From the NCBI GenBank assembly GCA_003023405.1, contig PXST01000010.1:6931-70930 (forward strand): DNA of 64,000 nt. Direction: 5' to 3'. Source of the stretch: Halobacteriales archaeon SW_8_68_21 (GTDB taxonomy: Archaea; Halobacteriota; Halobacteria; Halobacteriales; Haloferacaceae). Shown here piece by piece: positions 51,942 to 61,660 of this stretch. Position 1 is the stretch's first letter. The number at the start of each line of letters is the position of its first letter. The notes under the pieces are model-generated. The model saw nothing but the letters and a program-made list of their open reading frames with translations. It had not been told where the DNA came from and did not search any database. The translations under genes and the position numbers were made by a program.

Positions 51942-54257
51942 TCACACCCAGTGACCGAGGAGGTACGTCGCCCCGACGAGGACCGTTCCGCCGAACGTCT
52001 CGCGCGTCCCGATGCCGAACGGCAGGAACGTCGCCGGCCCGTCGTCCCCGTCCTCGCCGCCCGACTCGCCGTCCGGGTCCGAGGAGTTGCCGTCCGACTC
52101 CGAGGCGTTCTCGTCCTCCGCCGACGAGTTGTCGTCCGCCGATCCGTCATCGCCCGTGCCGAAGGAGCCGGTCGAGTCCCCGTCGTCGGTGTCGTTCCCG
52201 CCGGTATCGGTCCCGTCGTCCGTACCCGCCTCGCCCTCGTCGTCGTCGAGCGTCGTCTTTGCCGGGTCGCCCTCGACGACGAGAGTCCCGCTGTGGGTGT
52301 CTTCGTCGAGGCTGAGCGTGAACGGATAGCTTCCAGGGTCGAGATCGGCCGTCACGGAGCCGAACCCGTACGTCCGGGACTCGTTCGGCGCGAGGCGCAC
52401 TCCCCAAGAGCCGGTCGCGCTGCCGTTGTCGACGCCGAGGGTGAGTTCCCCGTCCCCGTCAAGCCCGCCCGCGTTGCGTGCGGTGACTTGGATCGACGAG
52501 AGGTTCTGGTCTTCCATGACCGTGACGTTCTCTGGGGCGTCATCAATCACCAACCGGTTCGGGTTGTCGGTGTCGCCGACGACCACGACCGTCCGGCTGT
52601 CACGGAGCGTGGACCCTTCGTACAGCTCGTAGTTCAGCCGAGTCCCGGGCGACACGCCGTCGAGACCAGCGCCGATCGTGAAGTTACCGTCCGAGATCTC
52701 GAGCGGCGACTCGGTGCGGAGGGGGTCTGACTCGTCGCTCACGAGCGTCGCCGACAGCTCTCGCACCGGAAGCAGCGAGGTCGTCCCCGTGACGCGGCCG
52801 TCCTCGGCCTCGACCATGATCTCGCCGTCGTCGGTGACGGCGTCGTACCGGAGGTACCGTTCCGCGACGGTGAACGACGCCTCGGCGCGCACCGTCTCGT
52901 CGCCCGCCTCCCAGTAGGGGAACTGCCCCGAGACGCCGTCGGCCGCCTCGAACGCTTTCGGCGGCTCCGTGTCGTCGGCGAAGGCGTACCGCTGCCCGGT
53001 GGTCCCTTCGAGCGCGAACTCGACGGCGAACTCGTCGCCCGCCTCAAGTGGCTCGGTGAAGTGGTCGCCGTCGCTCGTGTCGATCACGAGGTAGAAGCGC
53101 CCGGGCGCGTCGGGAGTCTCCAACTCGGTCGCGTCGGCCACGAGGAGCGTGACATCCTCCGGGTCAGCGCGCGACAGGTCGAGCGCTGAACGCGGCTCGT
53201 TCCGGCCGGGGTTCGTCTGTCGGACCCGAAGCGACACCCCTCCCTCTTTGTTCAACAGATCGGTCAGGACCTCGGTGTCGACCGTCTGTCCCGCCTCCAG
53301 CGGACCCGCAGCGTTCTCCGCCGCGAAGTGCGACAGCGCGCCCCAGATGCCGGTCGACTCGAATCCGAGGACGATTCGGTTGCCCTTCGTCACCGCGGTC
53401 CGTTCGACGCCGTTCTCTCGGAGGGCCGCGAGCGATTCGGTCTCGGACTCCTCGTCGAGGGCGCTCGGGTCGATGCTGGTGAACACCTCGACCTCGTCGT
53501 GGTGTGTCGGCTTTTCTAACACGAGGTCCGCCTGATCCGCGACCTCGGTCGGCGTCACCACGCCGGAATCGTCCACGACGAAGGTTCCGTTGGTGATCGC
53601 AAGTCGATAGCGCTGCGGGACCAACGGGCGAGCGAGTCCCCCCGCGCCCGTCGCGCTTGAGAGGGCGCTAAGATTCTCGGCGACGACGTTCCCGTTCTCG
53701 TCACGGAACTCCAGGTTACAGGTCGTGTTCGCGCAACTGTCCACGTTTGTCGCTCCGGTACCGATCGTCCGCGTGTTGATCGTCGTCGTCCCGCCGTTGA
53801 GCTTGACCACGTCCACGAACCCGACCGACCGGCCCGCGTCGGTGAGTCGATTCCCGCCGATGAGCAGGTACGCCGGCCCGTCGGGGTTGTCGAAGGCGTG
53901 CCGAATCTCGACCGGATCGCCCGCGACACCGGTGTACGTCTCGCGGGAGAACCCGCCGCTGATCTCCGGATACTCCGTCGGACCAGCGGATCCGGCCGCC
54001 TCGACCGCGGCGGGCACCGTCGAAGCGGAAGTGGGCGAAGGGGACGGGGTCGAGAGTCCCGCCGCGGCCGGGGCGGTCGCGGTGACGCCGGCGAGCGCAA
54101 TGATAAGGGAGAGCCCGATCACCGCGACCTGAAACGCCGACAGCCCGAACGTGGGACCGAACCGAGGGCTCTCGTCGGGAGCGGCCGTTCCGTCGCCGGC
54201 GGTCGGCGTCGAGTGTCCAAAATGCGTATCGGTCGCGTCGTCGTGTTCCATCGTCAT
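51942..54257 (-). CDS. Large acidic secreted/surface glycoprotein-like protein
   Basis: N-terminal hydrophobic segment, beta-rich acidic domains, Asp/Gly/Ser linker and a hydrophobic C-terminus. Confidence 0.75.
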   Translation of the reverse strand: MTMEHDDATDTHFGHSTPTAGDGTAAPDESPRFGPTFGLSAFQVAVIGLSLIIALAGVTATAPAAAGLSTPSPSPTSASTVPAAVEAAGSAGPTEYPEISGGFSRETYTGVAGDPVEIRHAFDNPDGPAYLLIGGNRLTDAGRSVGFVDVVKLNGGTTTINTRTIGTGATNVDSCANTTCNLEFRDENGNVVAENLSALSSATGAGGLARPLVPQRYRLAITNGTFVVDDSGVVTPTEVADQADLVLEKPTHHDEVEVFTSIDPSALDEESETESLAALRENGVERTAVTKGNRIVLGFESTGIWGALSHFAAENAAGPLEAGQTVDTEVLTDLLNKEGGVSLRVRQTNPGRNEPRSALDLSRADPEDVTLLVADATELETPDAPGRFYLVIDTSDGDHFTEPLEAGDEFAVEFALEGTTGQRYAFADDTEPPKAFEAADGVSGQFPYWEAGDETVRAEASFTVAERYLRYDAVTDDGEIMVEAEDGRVTGTTSLLPVRELSATLVSDESDPLRTESPLEISDGNFTIGAGLDGVSPGTRLNYELYEGSTLRDSRTVVVVGDTDNPNRLVIDDAPENVTVMEDQNLSSIQVTARNAGGLDGDGELTLGVDNGSATGSWGVRLAPNESRTYGFGSVTADLDPGSYPFTLSLDEDTHSGTLVVEGDPAKTTLDDDEGEAGTDDGTDTGGNDTDDGDSTGSFGTGDDGSADDNSSAEDENASESDGNSSDPDGESGGEDGDDGPATFLPFGIGTRETFGGTVLVGATYLLGHWV

Positions 54258-54465
54258 GTGGAGGTGTTCACGGGGGCGGACCGAGAGACGGCCCCAGGTC
54301 TGTTAGCGACGACTCCACAAGTCACCGACTAAAGCGTACCCACCCGATTATCACGCCGTGTAACGAGAGTGGGGTGAATGGGGGCGGGCGGGCGGGAATC
54401 GCCAGACGTGAGGGGAACTGTCGGTCCGAAGAATTAAGCCCTACCGGGGCCCGAATGACGGCAGT

Positions 54466-54900
54466 ATGCCATCGTGTCCCCGCTGTGACGCACCGGTCGA
54501 CGACGAGTCGCGGTACTGCGCGCAGTGTGGCGTCCCGCAGACGGAGGACGCGGCCGAGGAGTTAGACGAGTACGTCCGGCGGCAGGCGGAGCAGGTGGCG
54601 GGGGCCGGTGGCGGCGGGTCGGGCGCGGGCGACGCGTTCCCGTCCAAGGAGGACCTGACCGACCGCGAGCAGCTCTGGCGACGGGGGTCGTACGTCCTCG
54701 GATACGGAACGATCGTCGTCGCACTCACGCGGATCCCGGCGGCGGAGTTGTGGCCGCTGATCCTCGCCGGGCTAGCGATACTGCCGCCAATCCGGCGGCT
54801 AACCGCCGAACCGCTCGGTAGCCCCCTGAAACGCGAAGTGATGGCGGGGATCTACGCGGTCTTCGCGCTGATCGGTATCGCGCTGTTCGCGCCGTTGTGA
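54466..54900 (+). CDS. Zn-ribbon membrane protein
   Basis: CPRC...CAQC followed by hydrophobic helices. Confidence 0.78.
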   Translation: MPSCPRCDAPVDDESRYCAQCGVPQTEDAAEELDEYVRRQAEQVAGAGGGGSGAGDAFPSKEDLTDREQLWRRGSYVLGYGTIVVALTRIPAAELWPLILAGLAILPPIRRLTAEPLGSPLKREVMAGIYAVFALIGIALFAPL

Positions 54901-54933
54901 GAAGGGAGGAAGCGCCGCCGACCGCAGCGACCG

Positions 54934-55713
54934 TCACTCGATCCTGAAACCGCCCTGCTCTTCGGCTGCGCGAACCAGGTCGCCGATGCTGTCGCTCGCG
55001 GAGAGCCCCTGACTCGCCGCGAACCGTTTTATCATCACCGGCGGGACGTCAACGGTGGTCTCGGAGGCGGCGAGCAGCAGGCCGATCGCCTCCGGGGTCG
55101 GCGAGTTCGGGCCGGCGTTCGACGCGAACCACGAGACGAGCGTGTCGAACGTCGCCGTCACGTCGTTCGAGACGGTCCGCTGGCGGGTGGTGTCGCCGTT
55201 CGCGTGGAGCGTCGCGTCGATGCCGTACGCGAAGCCGTCGCCCTCGAAGGAGTCGGCCAGCCACCGGCTCACCGACTGTCGGTCGACCGCTTCGCTCCCG
55301 GTCGCCGACCTGCCTCGACGCTGCCCTGCGGCCGCGTTCGGCGGCTGTCCGTCGCCGGACGGTTCCCAGCGGGGTCGTTCGCCGCCACCGGGTTGCCCGC
55401 CGGCGTTGGGCTGACCGCCACTGGGTTGCCCGCCGCCGGCGGGCTGGTCGCGTTCACCGACGCCGGGGCCGGCCGCGCTCGCTCGCGGGTCGTCGCCAGC
55501 GGGGCGGCGGTCCGAGGGGTTCGCCGGGTCCGCCGCGGTGAAGTCGGAGTCGTCGTCCGCGGGCGGGGCATGGTGCTGTCCGCGCGAGCGGCCGACGTTG
55601 GGTCGGCCGTTCGTCCCGACGACGTAGCGCCCTTCCCCGATCTCGACGACGTTCTCGTCGTCGGTGAAGTCGAGCTCCTCTGGGTCAGCCGGCAGCGCGT
55701 CGTCGTCATTCAT
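54934..55713 (-). CDS. Hypothetical protein (archaellin-adjacent)
   Basis: 259 aa; N-terminal PEELDF...EIGEGRYVV, a low-complexity middle and a globular C-terminal domain. Confidence 0.72.
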   Translation of the reverse strand: MNDDDALPADPEELDFTDDENVVEIGEGRYVVGTNGRPNVGRSRGQHHAPPADDDSDFTAADPANPSDRRPAGDDPRASAAGPGVGERDQPAGGGQPSGGQPNAGGQPGGGERPRWEPSGDGQPPNAAAGQRRGRSATGSEAVDRQSVSRWLADSFEGDGFAYGIDATLHANGDTTRQRTVSNDVTATFDTLVSWFASNAGPNSPTPEAIGLLLAASETTVDVPPVMIKRFAASQGLSASDSIGDLVRAAEEQGGFRIE

Positions 55714-55794
55714 GAGTCGCGGTAGCGCACGCCGAAAAATAGGTGTTGTGGGCGGCCGAGCCGCCGCAAGGTGGTTACCGCGCTGTTTGACTCG

Positions 55795-56505
55795 TCAGAG
55801 CCGGACCGCTTCGCCGTCCTCGGTGAAGAGGTCAGGCGCGCTCAGTTCGACGGATGTCGTTGCCGACGACGGCGAGACGATCTCGACCGACGAACTCTGT
55901 CCCTCGCCGAACGCGTCCTCGGTGCTGTTCACGTGTGCGTAGGTGTAGTTCCCGCTCCCGTCAGTGACTTCAGTCAGACTCCCGAACGGCCGCGCACCGG
56001 GGTTCACAACAATCGTGTAGTCTGTGTCGTCGTCCAACACAGCATTGCCAGACCCGACAAAGCTTCCATCAGAGTCCTGAACGGCGAACGTACTCGCATT
56101 GAGTTGACTCGCGTTTTGGATATCGTCTACAGAACTACTACTGTTGGCCGGTTCATCGGTGAAGACGAGATTGGCCTGTCCGTTTGGCCCAACTGCCTGG
56201 ATCGTTGATTCGGATAGGTCGATCTGGTCGGCACCGGCGGCACCAGACACGGAGATCTTGATCGCCTCCAGTTCCCCTGAACTGTTGTTACCGACGATAC
56301 CGACTTCACTCGTCACGTCGATCCGCTCGGACACGAGGTCCGTACTCTCCTGCCCAGTCGCCTCCGCCTGTGACTGGAGGAAGCCGGCCGTGTTGATCAG
56401 GACGCCGGCGGCGATCGCCGCTACCAGCACCATCGCGATGAACACGATGAGGGTCCCGATGCCAACCTGACCGCGCTCCTCACTGTTGTTGATAAATTCG
56501 AACAT
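55795..56505 (-). CDS. Archaellin 2
   Basis: Class III signal RG|[32 protein letters not shown]; several N-x-S/T sequons. Confidence 0.96.
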   Translation of the reverse strand: MFEFINNSEERGQVGIGTLIVFIAMVLVAAIAAGVLINTAGFLQSQAEATGQESTDLVSERIDVTSEVGIVGNNSSGELEAIKISVSGAAGADQIDLSESTIQAVGPNGQANLVFTDEPANSSSSVDDIQNASQLNASTFAVQDSDGSFVGSGNAVLDDDTDYTIVVNPGARPFGSLTEVTDGSGNYTYAHVNSTEDAFGEGQSSSVEIVSPSSATTSVELSAPDLFTEDGEAVRL

Positions 56506-56507
56506 TG

Positions 56508-57098
56508 TTACAGCCTCACCGAGGTCTGTTCACTGGTCAGTGTCGTCGGGACGCGGAGTTCCGCGGTCGTGGTCGCGCCCGAAGGCGTCGTGAAAGTTAC
56601 AGAGAGACGGTCACCACCTTCGAGGAATCCGTAGACTCCGTCGCCGCTGGTGTTTAGATCGATTCCGACATCCGCACGATCGCTAGCGTCGGTGAGAACG
56701 ACATCACCAGGGTCTCCGGTATAAATATTGATTGTCGTTTCGCTACCGCCGAGTTGGAAAGTTTCCTGACCGTTAGTCCCAATAAGTTCGACGGTCGTCT
56801 CGTTCAGGTCGATATTATCGGCACCGGGAGACTGCGCCACGGTGATATTCAGTTCGTCGACGACCCGGGTATCCCCATCGTCCGTCACGTTTCCGGACTG
56901 ACTCACCACCTGAAGCCGGTCTGAGACCTGACTCGTACTCTCTTCGCCCGTTGCCTCCGCCTGCGTCTGGAGGAACCCAGCTGTGTTGATCAGCACGCCG
57001 GCGGCGATCGCCGCTACCAGCACCATCGCAATGAACACGATGAGGGTGCCGATCCCCACTTGGCCGCGCTCTTCCTCGTCCAGTATGGTTTCGAACAT
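56508..57098 (-). CDS. Archaellin 1
   Basis: [12 protein letters not shown]|[29 protein letters not shown]; ATG at 57098. Confidence 0.96.
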   Translation of the reverse strand: MFETILDEEERGQVGIGTLIVFIAMVLVAAIAAGVLINTAGFLQTQAEATGEESTSQVSDRLQVVSQSGNVTDDGDTRVVDELNITVAQSPGADNIDLNETTVELIGTNGQETFQLGGSETTINIYTGDPGDVVLTDASDRADVGIDLNTSGDGVYGFLEGGDRLSVTFTTPSGATTTAELRVPTTLTSEQTSVRL

Positions 57099-57411
57099 TG
57101 GTTGTTTGCGTCGGCCCCCGGCCTGCCCGGCGGGCGTTATCGTTGAGAATTGGTATTTCATATTTAAGATCGCGCACTCGATTATCTGAACTGATAAAAG
57201 GCTTCCGTGCTGCGATTTTCGGAATATTTTCGGGAATATGATTACAGAATTTATCAACGATATTCCGGCGGGGATATCAAATCTGGATCTGCCGGCGACA
57301 GGCGGCGACCGTCCTGACAAGAGGCGAATGGCTGAGAACACAAACGGGCGGGTGGAGACGGGCGTGATCGACAGACGAATGGGAAGCGTGGTCGCGCGGT
57401 TTCGAGACGCG

Positions 57412-57996
57412 TCAGCGTTCGCGTTCGCGCACCGAAGGGTCGGCCCGCTCCGGTGGGGAGTTCGACTCGGGCCGGTCGGAGTCGTCGTCCGCGGTCACCA
57501 GCCGGTCGAGGCGGCGCTCAAACTCGGCGTCCGTGAGTTCGCCCTCGACGTAGCGGTGCTTGAGGCGCTCGACCGGGGACTGGGTCGTCGCGTCGGCGGC
57601 CCGAGAGCGCTCGCGGTCGGCCGCGATCCGGTCCGCGAGGTAGCCGCCGAGCGCGCCGCTGCCGACGACGTACGCCGCGCCGACGAGCGCGAGTCCGAGG
57701 ACGCCGACGGTCGCCGCGGGCGACACCGATGCGGCGATCCAGACCGCGAAGAACGTCAGCGGCAGCGACGACAGCGCGACGAGCGCCCCCGTCATGGCAC
57801 CGATTCGTGGGCCGCGGGCGCTCGCGGACCCGTCGGTCCAGCTCGCCACGCCGCCGCCGACCGCGGGCGCGATCAGCCCGACGACTGGCAGGACGCTCAC
57901 GAGCACCGTGACGCCGGCACCGATGCCGGCGCGCGCGGCGAGGTCGGAGAGGCGGCCGACCGGCGAACGGTCGCCGCGAGCGTCGGCGGCGGTCAT
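57412..57996 (-). CDS. Membrane protein with C-terminal SHOCT-like domain
   Basis: Gly/Ala-rich transmembrane helices plus [18 protein letters not shown]; ATG at 57996. Confidence 0.78.
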   Translation of the reverse strand: MTAADARGDRSPVGRLSDLAARAGIGAGVTVLVSVLPVVGLIAPAVGGGVASWTDGSASARGPRIGAMTGALVALSSLPLTFFAVWIAASVSPAATVGVLGLALVGAAYVVGSGALGGYLADRIAADRERSRAADATTQSPVERLKHRYVEGELTDAEFERRLDRLVTADDDSDRPESNSPPERADPSVRERER

Positions 57997-58217
57997 CGTC
58001 GGAGTCGCGGAAGTCGAGTCGATTCGCTGTAGCGACACCGCCACGAAGCCGACCGTGCGATCGTACTCGGAACCTCATCTCGACAAGGAGCTGCCATTAC
58101 GATTCGTACGGGACACGAAATCAAAAGGGCGTCGGGGAAGGGCCTACGCGTCGGTCTCCGTAGTTTCGAGGGTGACCACGAGAAGGGTCCAGCGGCCACG
58201 GGGTGGGAACCGCGCTC

Positions 58218-58556
58218 TCACCGGTCGCGCAGGCGCGACAGCTCCGACTCGGGAATGACAAACTCTCGTGTCCCCGGCTCGTAAACGGCAAGGCTCCCGG
58301 CGACCAGCGCCATCGACGCCGCCAGCAGCCCGGTGTTGATCAAGAGTAGCGCCTCCGCGTTGTCGAACCCCGTCCCGAAGGCGGCCGCCGGTGTGCCGAC
58401 CGCCACGAGGACGACGAGTCCGAAGCCGACCATCAAGTGCGCCATCGCCGTGCGACCGGACGACCGATACGCCGCGACCGCGAACGCGACGAGGGTCGCG
58501 CTCGCGCCGGCCAACACGGTGGTCGTCATCAGGTACAGCCCCTCGATTAGCTCCAT
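58218..58556 (-). CDS. Small three-TM membrane protein
   Basis: Three hydrophobic segments with AYRSSG...L.VGF; divergent from the HTH gene. Confidence 0.75.
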   Translation of the reverse strand: MELIEGLYLMTTTVLAGASATLVAFAVAAYRSSGRTAMAHLMVGFGLVVLVAVGTPAAAFGTGFDNAEALLLINTGLLAASMALVAGSLAVYEPGTREFVIPESELSRLRDR

Positions 58557-58761
58557 ACCGCTCCTGCTCGAACGTCGATAATAAACCCACGGGAGCGGGT
58601 ATCAGCGCCGATAACACGCCGGTCGGAGTGAACGGAACCGAGCGATTGCGGACGGTGAAAACGGATGATACGCCCGTGGAATCAGGCGACGAGAGGTGTG
58701 ACGCGCGTCTGACGATCACCGGTACCCTTTTACAACCCGGAAATCAATTTCGATAACGTGA

Positions 58762-59100
58762 ATGGTGGGGGACGATCTGATCACCGTACTCGGTAACAAA
58801 TACAACACGGACATCCTAGCGGCGACCGGCGACGCGAAGTCGGCACAGGACCTCAGCGACCAGCTGGACGTCCCGATCGCGACGTGTTACCGACGGATCA
58901 ACGAGCTGGAGGAGGCGGATCTGCTGGAGCTACACGACCGCCCGCTCTCGGAGGAACACCGGCGCGTGAAGGTGTACCGCCGGAAGGTCGACGGGGTCGA
59001 GGTCGACTTCCGCGACGGACTCACCGTCGAGGTCGAGGAGCGGTCGGCGGTGAAGAACCGGCTCGACGACGTCTGGCGCGACCTCTCCTCAATGGAGTAG
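58762..59100 (+). CDS. Winged-helix (ArsR-like) transcription regulator of the archaellum locus
   Basis: KSAQDLSDQLDVPIATCYRRINELEEADLL. Confidence 0.88.
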   Translation: MVGDDLITVLGNKYNTDILAATGDAKSAQDLSDQLDVPIATCYRRINELEEADLLELHDRPLSEEHRRVKVYRRKVDGVEVDFRDGLTVEVEERSAVKNRLDDVWRDLSSME

Positions 59101-59126
59101 TCGGCCGAACCGACGGTTCCTCCCCG

Positions 59127-59858
59127 TCAAAAGGACGGCCGGTCGTCGGAGCCGCCCATCATCGAGAAACCGCCCGCGCGCTCGTGGACGATGATCCCCC
59201 CCTGTCCGATCTCCATCGGGAAGATGTCGGTGTCGATATCCTGTTTCCGCATCTTCGCCACCCAGACGTAGCGGTTGACGCCGGAGTCGGTCGGCGTCTG
59301 GATGAAGTAGATGTTCCCGTCGGTGAGGAAGTTCTCCAAGCCGACCTCGGTGTCGGGGAACACCGCGCCCTGCTCGTTGATGAGCAGCGACGTGAGTCCG
59401 CTCGCCTTGAGGATGTCAGAGAACTTCAGCAGGTACGTGCGCTTCTCCTGTTCAGCGTCGAAGAAGAGCTGGAACATCGACAGCGAGTCGAGGACGAGCC
59501 GGTCGAACTCGCCGTCCTCGACGGTGTCCAGCAGGCGGTCGACCGCCGTCGAGAAGTCGGTCTCCCGCAGCATCTCGCGTTTGTCTAAGATGACGATGTC
59601 GCCGTCCTCGACCATCTCGTCAAACCCCTCGAAGCCGACGGACTCGGCCGCGCCGCGGATGTCGGCCTCGTCCTCCTCGAAGGAGACGTAGACGCCGCGC
59701 TCGCCGCATTCGGAGACGCCGTGATGGAGGTACTGGATTCCGAAGATGCTCTTGCCCGTGCCCGGGTTCCCCGAGACGAGGACCGTCGACCGCTCGGTGA
59801 TGCCGCCGGTGAGGATGGAGTCGATCCCCTCGACCCCGGTGGAGACGAGTTCTGACAT
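59127..59858 (-). CDS. KaiC/RAD55-family ATPase (CirA-like)
   Basis: STGVEGIDSILTGG, GNPGTGKS, YVSFEE, LVLDSLS and VAKMR; close to the archaellins. Confidence 0.88.
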   Translation of the reverse strand: MSELVSTGVEGIDSILTGGITERSTVLVSGNPGTGKSIFGIQYLHHGVSECGERGVYVSFEEDEADIRGAAESVGFEGFDEMVEDGDIVILDKREMLRETDFSTAVDRLLDTVEDGEFDRLVLDSLSMFQLFFDAEQEKRTYLLKFSDILKASGLTSLLINEQGAVFPDTEVGLENFLTDGNIYFIQTPTDSGVNRYVWVAKMRKQDIDTDIFPMEIGQGGIIVHERAGGFSMMGGSDDRPSF

Positions 59859-60002
59859 TCGTCTCCCTTTTCGCGGTCGGTGTACATAAAAGACGGTTCA
59901 GTACGGCGGACGAACTGACGGCGACAGTTTTATCTCTCGACATGCCGCTCGTTCGTGTATGCCTGGCGAGGCGTGTCCCGTCGCACGCGACGGTGATCGA
60001 CA

Positions 60003-60566
60003 GTGAGCGATCCGTCGATACTCGTCGTGGAGGACGAGCCCGACATCGCGGCGCTGTACGCCGGCTTCCTCGAAGAGCGGTACACGGTCGACGTCGCCGA
60101 GACCGCCGCCGAGGCGATCGATCAAGTCGACGCCGCGGTCGACGTGGTGCTGCTCGACCGGCGGCTCCCGGACGGGAGCGGCGACGACGTCTTAGACCAC
60201 ATCCGCGGAGAGGGGTACGACTGCCGCGTTGCGATGGTCACCGCGGTCGAGCCCGACTTCGACATCATCGACATGGGGTTCGACCTATACCTCACCAAGC
60301 CGGTGAGCCGTTCGAAGCTGCTCGCGGCCATCGACACGCTCTTGACGCGCAGCGAGTACGACGACCTCGTTCGAGAGGCCGCCGCGCTCGCCAGCAAGCG
60401 CGCCGTATTGAATTTACAGAAGCCGGCCGCACAGCGCGAGGGGAACGAGGCGTACGCCGAACTCGTCGAACGGCTGGAAGATCTGGACGCCGACATCGAC
60501 GACCTCGGCGAGTCGCTGTCGACCGACGACTACCGCGCGATGTTCCGCGACCTCGGCGAGGCCTGA
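60003..60566 (+). CDS. Response regulator with HalX-type C-terminal domain
   Basis: ILVVEDE, VVLLDRRLP, MVTAVEPDFDIIDMGFD.YLTKPV and LASKRA. Confidence 0.88.
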   Translation: MSDPSILVVEDEPDIAALYAGFLEERYTVDVAETAAEAIDQVDAAVDVVLLDRRLPDGSGDDVLDHIRGEGYDCRVAMVTAVEPDFDIIDMGFDLYLTKPVSRSKLLAAIDTLLTRSEYDDLVREAAALASKRAVLNLQKPAAQREGNEAYAELVERLEDLDADIDDLGESLSTDDYRAMFRDLGEA

Positions 60567-60733
60567 CGCAGCGCTTTTGATTCGTCCGCCGATGCCGTTG
60601 TCCGTCTTGTCAGAGAATTCGCCGACGGCAGCCTCATTCAGGACGAAGTTTGAACGGACCTCGCACAGACTCCGCCCCGAATTTGTCCGGTAGTTGAAAA
60701 ATCTATATCCCCGTAATCGCCCTCGTGGGGGAC

Positions 60734-61657
60734 ATGACGAGACAAGACACGCGGCGACGGTTCGTGGCGACGAGCGGCGGACTCGCGACGCTGGCACTCG
60801 CCGGATGCCTCGGCGGGGACGGCGGAGAGACGGGCGACGGCGACGGAATGGACGACGACGGGATGAACGACAGCGACGACGGGATGGGGGACGACGGAAT
60901 GAACGACAGCGAGGACGGGATGGGCAACGACGGAGACATGGACGGCGACGACGGGATGACAGAGGCGGCCACGGTCCGGGTCCGGATCGAGAACGTCGCC
61001 TCGACCGAGTTCTATCCGGCGGACGCGCCGACGGACGGTGCCGTATGGGTCACACCGGGGGCGTACGCCGTCCACGAGGGCGAGAATCCGATCTACGACC
61101 TCGGCGAGTCGGCGTCGGTCGGGCTCGAAGCGCTCGCCGAGGCCGGACCGCCGACCGGCTTCGAGGGCGAGGACGGACTGGTCGAGGAACTCGACGCGTC
61201 GACGGACGTTCTCCACTCGGGCGCGTACACCCCGGCCGAGACGGTCGCGGACCCGAACGACCCGGCGGGAGAGGTCCCGGGCGCGCCGCCGATCGCGCCG
61301 GGCGGTGCCTTCGAGTTCGAGGTCGACGTCGCGCCCGGACAGCGGCTCTCGTTCGCCTCGATGTTCGTCCCCTCGAACGACGTCTTCGTCTCGACTGACG
61401 AGGCGGGGATCGGGCTCTGGCCCGAGGACGGCGGCCCGGTCGACGGCGACGTCACCGACGCCGCCGGGCTGTTCGACGCGGGAACGGAGCCGAACGCGGA
61501 GCCGCCCGGCACCGGTCCCGACCAAGCGCCCGCGCAGGACGCCCCCGATCAGGGGGCCGACGAGGGGGGAACGATCCGTCGACTGAGCGACGTCGACGAC
61601 GGCCACGAGTACCCCGGGGTCGAAGACGTGGTTCAAGTGACCGTAACCCCGACGTAG
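60734..61657 (+). CDS. Tat lipoprotein with Met/Asp-rich linker and spondin_N-like domain
   Basis: TRRRFV...LAGC signal, GMDDDGMNDSDDGM... linker, then LEALAEAG, RLSFASMFVPSNDVF and LFDAGTE spondin-like motifs. Confidence 0.82.
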   Translation: MTRQDTRRRFVATSGGLATLALAGCLGGDGGETGDGDGMDDDGMNDSDDGMGDDGMNDSEDGMGNDGDMDGDDGMTEAATVRVRIENVASTEFYPADAPTDGAVWVTPGAYAVHEGENPIYDLGESASVGLEALAEAGPPTGFEGEDGLVEELDASTDVLHSGAYTPAETVADPNDPAGEVPGAPPIAPGGAFEFEVDVAPGQRLSFASMFVPSNDVFVSTDEAGIGLWPEDGGPVDGDVTDAAGLFDAGTEPNAEPPGTGPDQAPAQDAPDQGADEGGTIRRLSDVDDGHEYPGVEDVVQVTVTPT

Positions 61658-61660
61658 ATC

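Noticed and set aside
60720-60730. ccctcgtgggg, identical to the CRISPR repeat hairpin core, just before the spondin gene ATG
   Set aside because: Only 11 nt and GC-rich, and it lacks the GTTGAAGC handle and 5' half, so it is likely chance.
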